Assembly (NCBI GenBank): GCA_964645315.1
Contig: CAZYBH010000003.1
Location: forward strand, 5,789-69,788
DNA from: an uncultured Candidatus Saccharibacteria bacterium
Lineage (GTDB): Bacteria > Patescibacteriota > Minisyncoccia > Phycocordibacterales > PALSA-1337
Direction of reading: 5' to 3'
Length of the DNA: 64,000 nt
The notes beneath the pieces were generated by a model that searched no databases, was not told the origin of the DNA, and saw only the letters and a program-made list of their open reading frames with translations. Position numbers and translations under genes: made by a program. Shown one piece after another: positions 56,573 through 64,000 of the stretch (position 1 is the stretch's first letter; every line of letters begins with the position of its first letter).

Positions 56573-57151
56573 TTATAATAGACTTATACAAACCTGAAAT
56601 GCCTCCGTGCTGTTTTCAAAATATTGATAATTAAACTTTGTTGCCTCTTCAATATAATGAGGTCTTTCAGTATAAAAGAAATTTTTTGCTTCGAGAGTTT
56701 GAAGCTCTAAAGTATTTCCCCATCGAGGATCTTTAATATTTCTACTTAGTGTTTCTTCAAATGTTGAGCCGATCAAGACTATGCAAGGACAATCGAAAGC
56801 TCCGCGTATCAAATGTGGCAAAAGATTTACACATTCGAAAATAACAGGCTTTGTCTCATCCCTGTACTTTGAAATTTCTTCCAAGAATGCCGGCCACAAA
56901 CCCTCCGATTGCAAAACCAAATTATTCCATAAATCTGCCTCACTTGTATTTTTGAAGTACTCTTCTTCATCTTGTTCTAAATAAAAATTGGTCCATTTCT
57001 TATACTTTTCATCTTTGGCAAGCTCTTCTCGAACATCATCAAAGGAGACAACTATTGCTCCAGCTTTTTGAGCAACAGCATTTGCAAGATATGATTTGCC
57101 AGATGTAGGTATTCCTGTATTAAATAATCTTTTGCCTTTATGGTTCATCAC
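56573..57151 (-). CDS. P-loop NTPase / nucleoside-nucleotide kinase-like protein
   Basis: Walker A GIPTSGKSY near the N-terminus, followed by a D (FDDVREE). Confidence 0.5.
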   Translation of the reverse strand: MMNHKGKRLFNTGIPTSGKSYLANAVAQKAGAIVVSFDDVREELAKDEKYKKWTNFYLEQDEEEYFKNTSEADLWNNLVLQSEGLWPAFLEEISKYRDETKPVIFECVNLLPHLIRGAFDCPCIVLIGSTFEETLSRNIKDPRWGNTLELQTLEAKNFFYTERPHYIEEATKFNYQYFENSTEAFQVCISLL

Positions 57152-57185
57152 AATGAGTATAGCACTATTAATTTACCATTTACCC

Positions 57186-57548
57186 CTACCTCCCCTCCAC
57201 AAACTTGAGTGAAATAGAATTGACACAATGGCGAATGTTTTTGTCCGTCAATTGCTCGCCCACAAATACATGCCCCAAATGCCCGCCACAATTGGCACAA
57301 GTGATCTCCGTCCGCTTCCCATCCACATCTGGAGTGCGCACAACCGCACCCTCTATCTCATCATCGAAACTCGGCCACCCGCAACTGCTTTCAAATTTGT
57401 CTTTGGAATTATATAGCGGTGCGTTGCACTGCCTGCAAACATACACGCCATGAGCTTTATTATTGACATACTCACCCGTAAAAGGCGCCTCAGTGCCTTT
57501 GTCGATAATCACGCGCTTTTCTTCGGGGGTTAGGGGGTTGAGATTCAT
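57186..57548 (-). CDS. msrB: peptide-methionine (R)-S-oxide reductase MsrB
   Basis: Two CxxC zinc motifs ([20 protein letters not shown]) and the catalytic region GWPSF. Confidence 0.9.
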   Translation of the reverse strand: MNLNPLTPEEKRVIIDKGTEAPFTGEYVNNKAHGVYVCRQCNAPLYNSKDKFESSCGWPSFDDEIEGAVVRTPDVDGKRTEITCANCGGHLGHVFVGEQLTDKNIRHCVNSISLKFVEGR

Positions 57549-57692
57549 AGGGTTATGATAACATTTTTTGTTAAAATATGATTCTTTGAAAACATATTAT
57601 GCGTCATATAATCACCAAGATATACACATTTTTACCTTGACAAATGCATATTTATAGGTATATACTCTATCTATAAGTTATTGCAGAATACT

Positions 57693-57735
57693 TGTACCAA
57701 AAGAGCGTGTCCTAGGTCTAGGGCCCGCTCTTTTG
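57693..57735. terminator. hairpin aaagagcg-...-cgctcttt with flanking T/A runs (terminator of the DUF3800 gene, possibly bidirectional)
   Basis: Seen directly. A TTGACA-17-TATACT promoter-like element at 57636..57664 lies just upstream on +. Confidence 0.45.
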
Positions 57736-57739
57736 GTTT

Positions 57740-58414
57740 TTACCAGATTTTACATAGATATTTTTTATCTATAATTTTTCTCAAATCTTTATTTTTACCA
57801 GTGAAATAATCTTTGATCGCCCCGCTTACCAGATCGGATAATTGCATAGCGTTAACATACTCAGAATTAACATGAGTTATGTGTTTTATACGCTTAACGG
57901 TTTTTGTATTTACGCGATCAAATAAGTAATCATCGAAACTACTAAAATAATCACCGTTAAACATTCTCCTATCTGCACGATCAATTACAACTTCAGACTC
58001 TATGAGATTCTGTTTTCTGGTAGCAAATAAAACAAGTTTTGATAAATTGTAGTCATCAAATATATTATGTAACTTTGCATGACCAGATACTGCAAATTTA
58101 CCTTTGTAAGTTCTTTTATCAATAAGGCGAAAGTAAATCTGGATCTCAATTTTGTTTATGATTCCAAGCAGATCCTTATACATATCAAGTGGAATTTTTG
58201 TAGACTTTATTTCGCTTCTAAAGCCATACTTATGACGGATTTCCATAATCTCATTTTCTAAAGCAAATAGTTTTGTTGAATCCAGATATATTGCGGTCAA
58301 AATATAAAAAAGACTTGCTCCTGTCTCGACCTTGCTTCCTGTAGCATCATTTTCATACGGCTTCCCAGGATCGCCTGATTCGTCTATAAAAATGTAGTGT
58401 TGAATATTGGACAT
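57740..58414 (-). CDS. DUF3800-family protein
   Basis: N-terminal YIFIDESGD motif typical of DUF3800. Confidence 0.6.
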   Translation of the reverse strand: MSNIQHYIFIDESGDPGKPYENDATGSKVETGASLFYILTAIYLDSTKLFALENEIMEIRHKYGFRSEIKSTKIPLDMYKDLLGIINKIEIQIYFRLIDKRTYKGKFAVSGHAKLHNIFDDYNLSKLVLFATRKQNLIESEVVIDRADRRMFNGDYFSSFDDYLFDRVNTKTVKRIKHITHVNSEYVNAMQLSDLVSGAIKDYFTGKNKDLRKIIDKKYLCKIW

Positions 58415-58418
58415 ACTT

Positions 58419-58592
58419 TTAGTGTTTCGTTACATCAACTAGTTTATAAGACGATCCAGGTTTCGGTGTTGGTGGTAAGATCTTCCCTCGAACTCCAGTA
58501 ATCTCCTCACCTGTTTTTCCACCTCTCGGACCAATTCTCTCATATTGACCTGATTTAGGAACTGGTTGTCCTGGTTTTAGTATTTTAGACAT
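58419..58592 (-). CDS. YjzC-like small protein (57 aa)
   Basis: MSKILKPGQPVPKSGQYERIGPRGGKTGEEITGVRGKILPPTPKPGSSYKLVDVTKH shows the G..AP.SG.Y...G..G...........G..LPPT pattern of the YjzC-like family. The stop lies 5 nt before the DUF3800 start. Below the track size cutoff. Confidence 0.45.
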   Translation of the reverse strand: MSKILKPGQPVPKSGQYERIGPRGGKTGEEITGVRGKILPPTPKPGSSYKLVDVTKH

Positions 58593-58594
58593 AA

Positions 58595-59227
58595 CTATTC
58601 TTGATTATTAGAATCTGATAATATAACTTCTTCACAATAAGTATCTGAAAACTTTTTAAGTTCAATCTTAATCTGTTTTAACTCACCATCCATGATTGCT
58701 TCTGTAGCTTTTATTGTTTTAGGAATCAGTAATTTAACACCTCCAGTGAAATCAAATACATGTACTGAATTCCCGGCATCTGTACTAAAAGCACCAGTAT
58801 TTTGGGTAGATTTAATATTTTCTGTCAAAGTATTTTGCTTTTTGGGGCGGCTAATTACTTTAGGTGACCATCCTGCCATCTTTGTTGGGTCAATTCCATA
58901 TTTTTCAAAATCTGAAAGTGCCTTTAGTACTCGCGATTTGTATGTTGCTAATGAACCCGCACTGAAATTTTTATTTTTAGAGAAAACACTTTGGTATATT
59001 TGATCTATATTCTTCCTAAACTCTTCCACAGAATTACGTTCCTCATCGTTCAACTCGGCGTCAAAAAGTTTTAACGCGGTTTTTAATGCCATACCAGTAT
59101 TTTCTGGATATTTCCTACTTTTTATAGCCCTGTCCACGAAATCATATATATCTTGAATTTTTTTCATAGAATTGTTTACGCAAACTAATAATATGTCCAT
59201 CATATCAAAATGAACTATATTAGTCAA
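58595..59227 (-). CDS. hypothetical protein (210 aa)
   Basis: Track ORF only. Confidence 0.45.
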   Translation of the reverse strand: MTNIVHFDMMDILLVCVNNSMKKIQDIYDFVDRAIKSRKYPENTGMALKTALKLFDAELNDEERNSVEEFRKNIDQIYQSVFSKNKNFSAGSLATYKSRVLKALSDFEKYGIDPTKMAGWSPKVISRPKKQNTLTENIKSTQNTGAFSTDAGNSVHVFDFTGGVKLLIPKTIKATEAIMDGELKQIKIELKKFSDTYCEEVILSDSNNQE

Positions 59228-59302
59228 GTAAAATCACGACTTAATTGAGATATACCATCAAATACGGCTATATTCAAGGCTTAAATATATGGCCGTCATA
59301 TC

Positions 59303-62300
59303 TTAATCAGTACGAACTAAATCAATCTCTCGCATAATCCTGTCTGTTTCAATAAGCAATGTAATTATTTTTTGATAGTGTTTTAAATCATCACTGGATA
59401 ATGTTCTACCTTGCCGGTCTTTAAGCCATTTTTGCACAGGTTGATATGCTCCTATCGTAAAGTTCCAGGCAGTTTCTGGTACATTGCCGAAATATTGTGT
59501 CTGATTAATAAAAACTTTCCCATCTTTATATTTTGGGTACTTCTCGTCCACGACATCAGTTCCAACCTCAGGGAATGTAGTGAGTAACGTATTTAATTTT
59601 GAAGATTCCATCAAGTGGAGTTCTCTTAACTCTTTACCTAGTTTTACCAACGAATTAAATATGGCCTTATCTTTTGGATAAGGTACTCTCGGGAAATCAA
59701 TCTTCAAAAACTCTACATACTTCTTACGATAATCGGGTGAATATAGAACGGCGTATACATAATCGAAGACGTCTTCAGGGGTAATTTTGTTTACAATCTT
59801 TTCAAAGTTGTTAATAATTTCCTTGTTCAAATTTATGACTTTAGAGCCATCATTTGCATAAAGGTATAGAGGTAATACATAGTCAATTTCACTTGTCTTA
59901 TTTGATATAAGGGTCGATTCAGTAATATACTTTGAAACCAATACATGCTGATACACATCTCCGGATTTTATCTGCCTTAAAACATTCAAAACAATGTTCC
60001 CTTTAGATAAATGTTGCATGACAACTTTTCTTGATCGCTCTACAAAATCATCACTGTAATAGATGAATCGATCATCAAATGGGCGATAACTTATTGGTAC
60101 TAGATTAGTCTCATCATATTGGTGTTTGAGTGCATTTACCGCTTTCCATTTCAAGTTTTCTTTTAGATCAAACTTCTTCAGCGCATCTTTTGCATCCTCG
60201 GTCCTTAGAAAATCAATTATGCGATCTTTCAGGGTTTGTTTATTAAAATCGATCACAAAAGCGTCGCGCGAAGTTACGATACCAACGCTTGATATAGGAA
60301 AAAGATCCGCTACGGAAAAACCCTTTCTATATTCTTCCAGAGTTTTCGTATCTCGTGCCACCCACTCAAAATTCGGAGCAGAAGGTTTTATCTCAGTCCA
60401 TTCCAAGGTATCAAGAGACCCATCGTTAAGGTATCCGAATTTATGATTACGAGCCCCATAAGAATCTGCTTTGAATACCTTACAGTTTTTTGGTGATTTA
60501 CCCTTATGCTTAATACCTATGAATATTGAGACTCCTGTTTTTATATTAAATACATTCTCATCTTTGCTTCCATCAAGAGCTTTTTCCTTTTTGTTTGCGT
60601 TTCCGTGGAGATCAAGCACGTATATCTTTTCAAATGTCTGCATCAAATGATGGCGCATTCCACGGAAGGTTGGATTATCAATATATCCATGTGCTGTAAT
60701 CATGGCCACAACGCCTTCATCTGTTTTTTCAATCATGCTTTCAGCCAATCTGATGAATTTTACATAGTCGTCGTTAAGCCACTTTGAATTTCTTTCCTGT
60801 AACTTACCCCCACCTGGTTCGGCTTTGTATACATCATTACCTTTATAGTGAGCGTTGCTTGATTCACCGGAATAGGGAGGGTTACCAATGACTACCATAA
60901 TCGGCAATTCATTTTTTACCTTATTCGCCTGATTGGATTCTTCTGTAATAGCTTTTCCAAGCCCAATATCAAAGAGGGTCTTCTCCTGTATTTCAGCTTT
61001 CTCAAGAGAGTTTGTCAGGTATATACCAAGACGAGTGTTTTCTATTTTTGCGCCACTCTCAGCGATCGTGGATGAAAGTTTAAGATGGGCAATCGTGTAC
61101 GACGCCATCATAAGCTCGAAACCGTGCATTCGCGGTAAAAGATCTTCATTCACATATGAAGACCACCTACCTTCCTGTCCTATAAAAGATTTCTTTATAT
61201 GAAGTATTGCTTCATTTAGAAATGTTCCGGTACCCGTTGCCGGATCAAGTACCTGAACTTTATGTACAGACACTTTTCCACGCTTTCCCTGAACCTCTCT
61301 ACTAATACTTATCTTAGAATTATCGGCAAGACCTTGAGGCAAATCAAATTCCTTTTTTAGAATGTCATCAACGGCACGGATAATAAAACGAACTACAGGG
61401 AGTGGTGTATAGAAAACACCCATCTTCTTACGTTCTGCGGAATCATATTCCTGAAGGAAGTCCTCATAAAAATGAATGATGGGGTCTTTGCTTTCATGGA
61501 CTTTTCCAAAAAGATCGGTTTTGTAATATTTATGTATAATTTCTTTAACATCTGCATGGTTAAATTCCTCACACAACTCATTAACTATATATTCGATTCG
61601 ATTATCGAAAGACGATCCTGCGATATGATTAAAGAACTCTCTCAAAAATGGATTTGATGGTGGTATAAGATCGCGAGCTTCTTGTCTAGTAAAATTCTCT
61701 TGCGTTTTATCATTAAATCGTGCAACAAAAAGTCCATATACTAGTGTTTGTGCATACATATCAGCAAACTTTGTATGATCTAGATCAGCCAAAAGTAATT
61801 TTTTTATAACTTCATAAACACCAAGAAGATTTTCATTTCTTGGGTTTCTTTCATCTTCTAAAAACTTTTTTACATTATCTCTTATACGACGAGCTTTTCC
61901 CGCCATAACCTTCGAAAGCACTGCGCCAGATCTTATAGGTTCCTTGGACTTTTTGATAAAATCGAAGATTGTATCTGCCAGTAATTGAAAATACTTTTCG
62001 TCCGCGGAAACAATACCATTATCAAGTTTACCAATAATAACCGGATCGACTTGACGCGTACCATTTACATAAAAACGAAAATCCAAACCATTAGTAAGTA
62101 TAATGTTTGAATAGCCGTAATATCGGACCATTTGTTCACTTTTTTCTATATCATCTAGCAGGACATCAATATCTTTCGCTTCTGCATAGGCTACAACTAA
62201 TTTTTCCTTAAGAAATATAAAATCTGGAGCACCATGTTCGCTGCGCTTTGGTTCATTTATGACATTCAAGCTAGTTATCTTTTCAAAAAGTTCTTTAAGT

Positions 62301-62383
62301 GCTGGACGATAAGAATGTTCTCGTGCATGACCACTACTGTGTGTTTCTATTACTTTTTGAATAAAAGCTGAAACAGGATTCAT
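59303..62383 (-). CDS. Type IIG restriction-modification enzyme (N-terminal PD-(D/E)xK nuclease + gamma-class N6-adenine MTase + TRD; MmeI-like architecture)
   Basis: N-terminus APDFIF...AYAEAKD (PD..ExK). MTase motif I VLDPATGTGTFL and motif IV VIGNPPYSGE. 1026 aa. Confidence 0.8.
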   Translation of the reverse strand: MNPVSAFIQKVIETHSSGHAREHSYRPALKELFEKITSLNVINEPKRSEHGAPDFIFLKEKLVVAYAEAKDIDVLLDDIEKSEQMVRYYGYSNIILTNGLDFRFYVNGTRQVDPVIIGKLDNGIVSADEKYFQLLADTIFDFIKKSKEPIRSGAVLSKVMAGKARRIRDNVKKFLEDERNPRNENLLGVYEVIKKLLLADLDHTKFADMYAQTLVYGLFVARFNDKTQENFTRQEARDLIPPSNPFLREFFNHIAGSSFDNRIEYIVNELCEEFNHADVKEIIHKYYKTDLFGKVHESKDPIIHFYEDFLQEYDSAERKKMGVFYTPLPVVRFIIRAVDDILKKEFDLPQGLADNSKISISREVQGKRGKVSVHKVQVLDPATGTGTFLNEAILHIKKSFIGQEGRWSSYVNEDLLPRMHGFELMMASYTIAHLKLSSTIAESGAKIENTRLGIYLTNSLEKAEIQEKTLFDIGLGKAITEESNQANKVKNELPIMVVIGNPPYSGESSNAHYKGNDVYKAEPGGGKLQERNSKWLNDDYVKFIRLAESMIEKTDEGVVAMITAHGYIDNPTFRGMRHHLMQTFEKIYVLDLHGNANKKEKALDGSKDENVFNIKTGVSIFIGIKHKGKSPKNCKVFKADSYGARNHKFGYLNDGSLDTLEWTEIKPSAPNFEWVARDTKTLEEYRKGFSVADLFPISSVGIVTSRDAFVIDFNKQTLKDRIIDFLRTEDAKDALKKFDLKENLKWKAVNALKHQYDETNLVPISYRPFDDRFIYYSDDFVERSRKVVMQHLSKGNIVLNVLRQIKSGDVYQHVLVSKYITESTLISNKTSEIDYVLPLYLYANDGSKVINLNKEIINNFEKIVNKITPEDVFDYVYAVLYSPDYRKKYVEFLKIDFPRVPYPKDKAIFNSLVKLGKELRELHLMESSKLNTLLTTFPEVGTDVVDEKYPKYKDGKVFINQTQYFGNVPETAWNFTIGAYQPVQKWLKDRQGRTLSSDDLKHYQKIITLLIETDRIMREIDLVRTD

Positions 62384-62458
62384 AATTAAAGAGCATTATA
62401 GCATTTTGAGCGCCAAAAATAAAGGTATTTTCCCCTTAACCCGTATTCAGTCCCCTCA

Positions 62459-62512
62459 TATTAAAACTTAACGCCTTAACTTTTAATTTGCCCAATTCAA
62501 ATTAAAAGTTAC
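62459..62512. promoter_or_regulatory. second copy of the AACTTT(T/A)AATTT half-site element: perfect 14-bp inverted repeat TAACTTTTAATTTG-n7-CAAATTAAAAGTTA plus an upstream partial half-site
   Basis: Arms at 62477..62490 and 62498..62511. Lies ~95-130 bp upstream of the Type IIG gene start. Confidence 0.55.
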
Positions 62513-62533
62513 GTGCGATCTAAAGGGGCATAT

Positions 62534-62881
62534 TTACAACCTATCATACTTCGTATGCTTCCCCTTGGCCTTTTCCTCGGGATACTTAGCTTCATTGATT
62601 TTCAACTTGCGGTCGAGGGCGGAGAGAATGTCGATATCGAGATCATGACTCATGAGGAGGACCCAATAGAGAACATCAGCCAACTCTTCACCTATTGCTG
62701 TTTTGTTTTCTTTAATATATTTTTCCATTTCCTCAACACTTTTCCACTGAAAATGTTCCATCACTTCAGTGGCCTCAAGGACAAGTGACAAGGCAACATC
62801 TTTTGGATTATGGAATTGTTTCCAGTCTCGCGCGTCGCGGAATTTAATTATCCGATCAGTCAAAGTCTTAATATTAGACAT
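62534..62881 (-). CDS. MazG-like nucleotide pyrophosphohydrolase (small all-alpha NTP-PPase)
   Basis: FRDARDWKQFHNPKDVALSLVLEATEVMEHFQW ... EELADVLYWVLLMS, typical of the MazG/YpjD family. Confidence 0.7.
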   Translation of the reverse strand: MSNIKTLTDRIIKFRDARDWKQFHNPKDVALSLVLEATEVMEHFQWKSVEEMEKYIKENKTAIGEELADVLYWVLLMSHDLDIDILSALDRKLKINEAKYPEEKAKGKHTKYDRL

Positions 62882-62932
62882 ATATTTTAATAGAAAAACT
62901 CTACCACTTTACCGGCCAAAAATAAAGCTATT

Positions 62933-63574
62933 TTACACCCCACCCCAATCCTTCTCATCACCCTCTACCATCACAACAAAATCAATTCCCTGCTCGGATA
63001 AAATCTTCTTTGGAATGATATGGGCAGCGCCGAAGCGGGTGCCATCGTGGACTGGAAAAGCAAATTTTGGTTTGATCTCAAGGGCGAAGTCGATGGCCTC
63101 ACCAAGTTTCATCCAGGGACCAGAGACTGGGAGAGCCAAGATCTCGACTTTTTTATTTGGATTTGTAAATGAATCACCGGGATACCAAAAACGATTGTCG
63201 AAAAAGAAACCAATATTTGCACTTTGAGGAATACTTCTGTGCATTTGGGCATGTTTGGTGCCGATACCAGCAACTGTCAAACCATCAAGATCGATAATGT
63301 CGCCATCTTTGACCAAATTATGTGAAATATTTTCTTTTGACAATAGATCGCTGACCGAGCTATTTGCATAAACAATAATTTTTGGATTATTGGTCAAAAT
63401 AATCTTTAGAGAATCAATGTGGAAGTGATCAGCATGCTCATGTGTAAAAAATACATAATCTATATCTTTTAATTTCACCTGACTTTCAATTGTATAATTA
63501 CCTGGATCTGTAAGAATCCTTTTTCCTTTACATTCGATAAGCATGCAACAGTGACCCATTTTTGTTATTTTCAT
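62933..63574 (-). CDS. metallo-beta-lactamase-fold hydrolase
   Basis: THEHADH motif and the downstream His/Asp ligand pattern. Confidence 0.75.
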   Translation of the reverse strand: MKITKMGHCCMLIECKGKRILTDPGNYTIESQVKLKDIDYVFFTHEHADHFHIDSLKIILTNNPKIIVYANSSVSDLLSKENISHNLVKDGDIIDLDGLTVAGIGTKHAQMHRSIPQSANIGFFFDNRFWYPGDSFTNPNKKVEILALPVSGPWMKLGEAIDFALEIKPKFAFPVHDGTRFGAAHIIPKKILSEQGIDFVVMVEGDEKDWGGV

Positions 63575-63671
63575 ATTTACATTCTACCACTTAACTTGTG
63601 TTTTGTATATATTTGTGTAATATGAGGTTGGAAACCGTAGTAACAAACTGAATAAAAGGAATCAACTCGAA

Positions 63672-64000
63672 TGAAAGCGCTGAGACCTTACATTGGAATC
63701 ACGGGATTCAAAACTCCCGAGCAGGTCAGCCGTTTGGCTCAAGTCTTCGCTCACAACAAGAAGCCTGGTTCCGACCGGCTTCTGCACGTCGGTGTGATGA
63801 TGGGTTTAAGGACTTTGAATAAACTCACGTCACGATTCACCAATGTCTTCCCTACAAGTGATACCGTGCGTGACATCTATGCCGTTCGTCATCAAGGTAC
63901 ATACAATTGCCTTCATTGGGCGGATTACATAAACGACACTGAATGGACCGATCTCGAAAAAGCAATCGACCTTTGCGGGCCAAACCTCGACGCTGTCCAA
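63672..64000 (+). CDS. hypothetical protein, 5' partial (runs off window), GC-rich
   Basis: An ATG at 63672 opens a frame to the window end (MKALRPYIGITGFKTPEQVSRLAQVF...). GC is elevated. Confidence 0.4.

Larger units (their letters stand above)
37965..64000. mobile_element. integrated accessory/defense island adjacent to tRNA-Asn (right boundary not in window)
   Basis: Recombinase overlapping the tRNA 3' end. Dense defense cargo (Type III RM, SIR2-HerA, Type IIG RM). Mosaic GC. Many small unknown genes. Confidence 0.5.

Noticed and set aside
57636-57735. TTGACA-17-TATACT promoter-like element followed ~10 nt later by a hairpin terminator, as a possible tiny sRNA
   Set aside because: The hairpin is better explained as the terminator of the convergent DUF3800 gene. 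A ~60-nt transcript is possible, but the only support is the hexamer match.
1-64000. CRISPR arrays and rRNA genes
   Set aside because: No regularly spaced direct repeats with unique spacers were seen anywhere. The only tandem or direct repeats are the 30-bp coding repeat in ychF and the 70-bp pair near 50.2 kb. There are no rRNA-like conserved stretches.
37965-64000. Search for an attR direct repeat of the tRNA-Asn 3' end to delimit the island
   Set aside because: No second copy of gttcgaatcctgtctccggagcc or a long fragment of it was seen in the window. Serine recombinases do not require one, so the right boundary stays open.

Overview
This window is an AT-rich (roughly 35% GC by eye) bacterial chromosome segment. 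The short, streamlined proteins and gene content suggest a small-genome lineage, possibly Patescibacteria/CPR-like, which cannot be verified here. Positions 1-37.6 kb hold core housekeeping genes, mostly on the minus strand: leuS, ychF, zwf, ddl, uvrC, uvrA, clpB, proS, rseP, frr, holB, mreB, murA, a priA-like gene, def-fmt and hpf. The same stretch holds a tRNA-Ala gene and a 1283-aa secreted multi-domain surface protein. At 37.67 kb a tRNA-Asn(GUU) gene is interrupted by a roughly 251-nt group I intron. A large serine recombinase gene converges on it and overlaps its 3' end. From there to the window end (at least 26 kb) lies an accessory, defense-rich island. It contains a Type III R-M (mod-res) operon fused with overlapping stop/start codons to a SIR2-HerA module, and a Type IIG RM enzyme. 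The island also contains an operon of HhH-GPD glycosylase-like, unknown 115-aa and Zn-ribbon proteins, plus DUF2726, DUF3800 with a YjzC-like microprotein, and nucleotide-metabolism genes (NDT-like, P-loop kinase, MazG-like, PRTase). It carries GC-rich, foreign-looking patches, one holding an ABC exporter. Several non-genic signals stand out. A Nudix hydrolase domain is inserted into LeuS. A consensus sigma70 promoter drives a roughly 225-nt GC-rich structured transcript, which alternatively reads as a leaderless 59-aa ORF, ending in an intrinsic terminator. A 21-23-bp palindrome recurs upstream of uvrA, clpB and def. A perfect 37-bp inverted repeat has a 93-nt spacer. A three-half-site palindromic element is shared upstream of both RM methyltransferase-containing genes. 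A 30-bp in-frame tandem repeat lies in ychF. A roughly 70-bp direct repeat flanks a secreted micropeptide gene. A roughly 420-bp stretch free of ORFs in all six frames ends in a strong terminator. No CRISPR array and no rRNA were seen.
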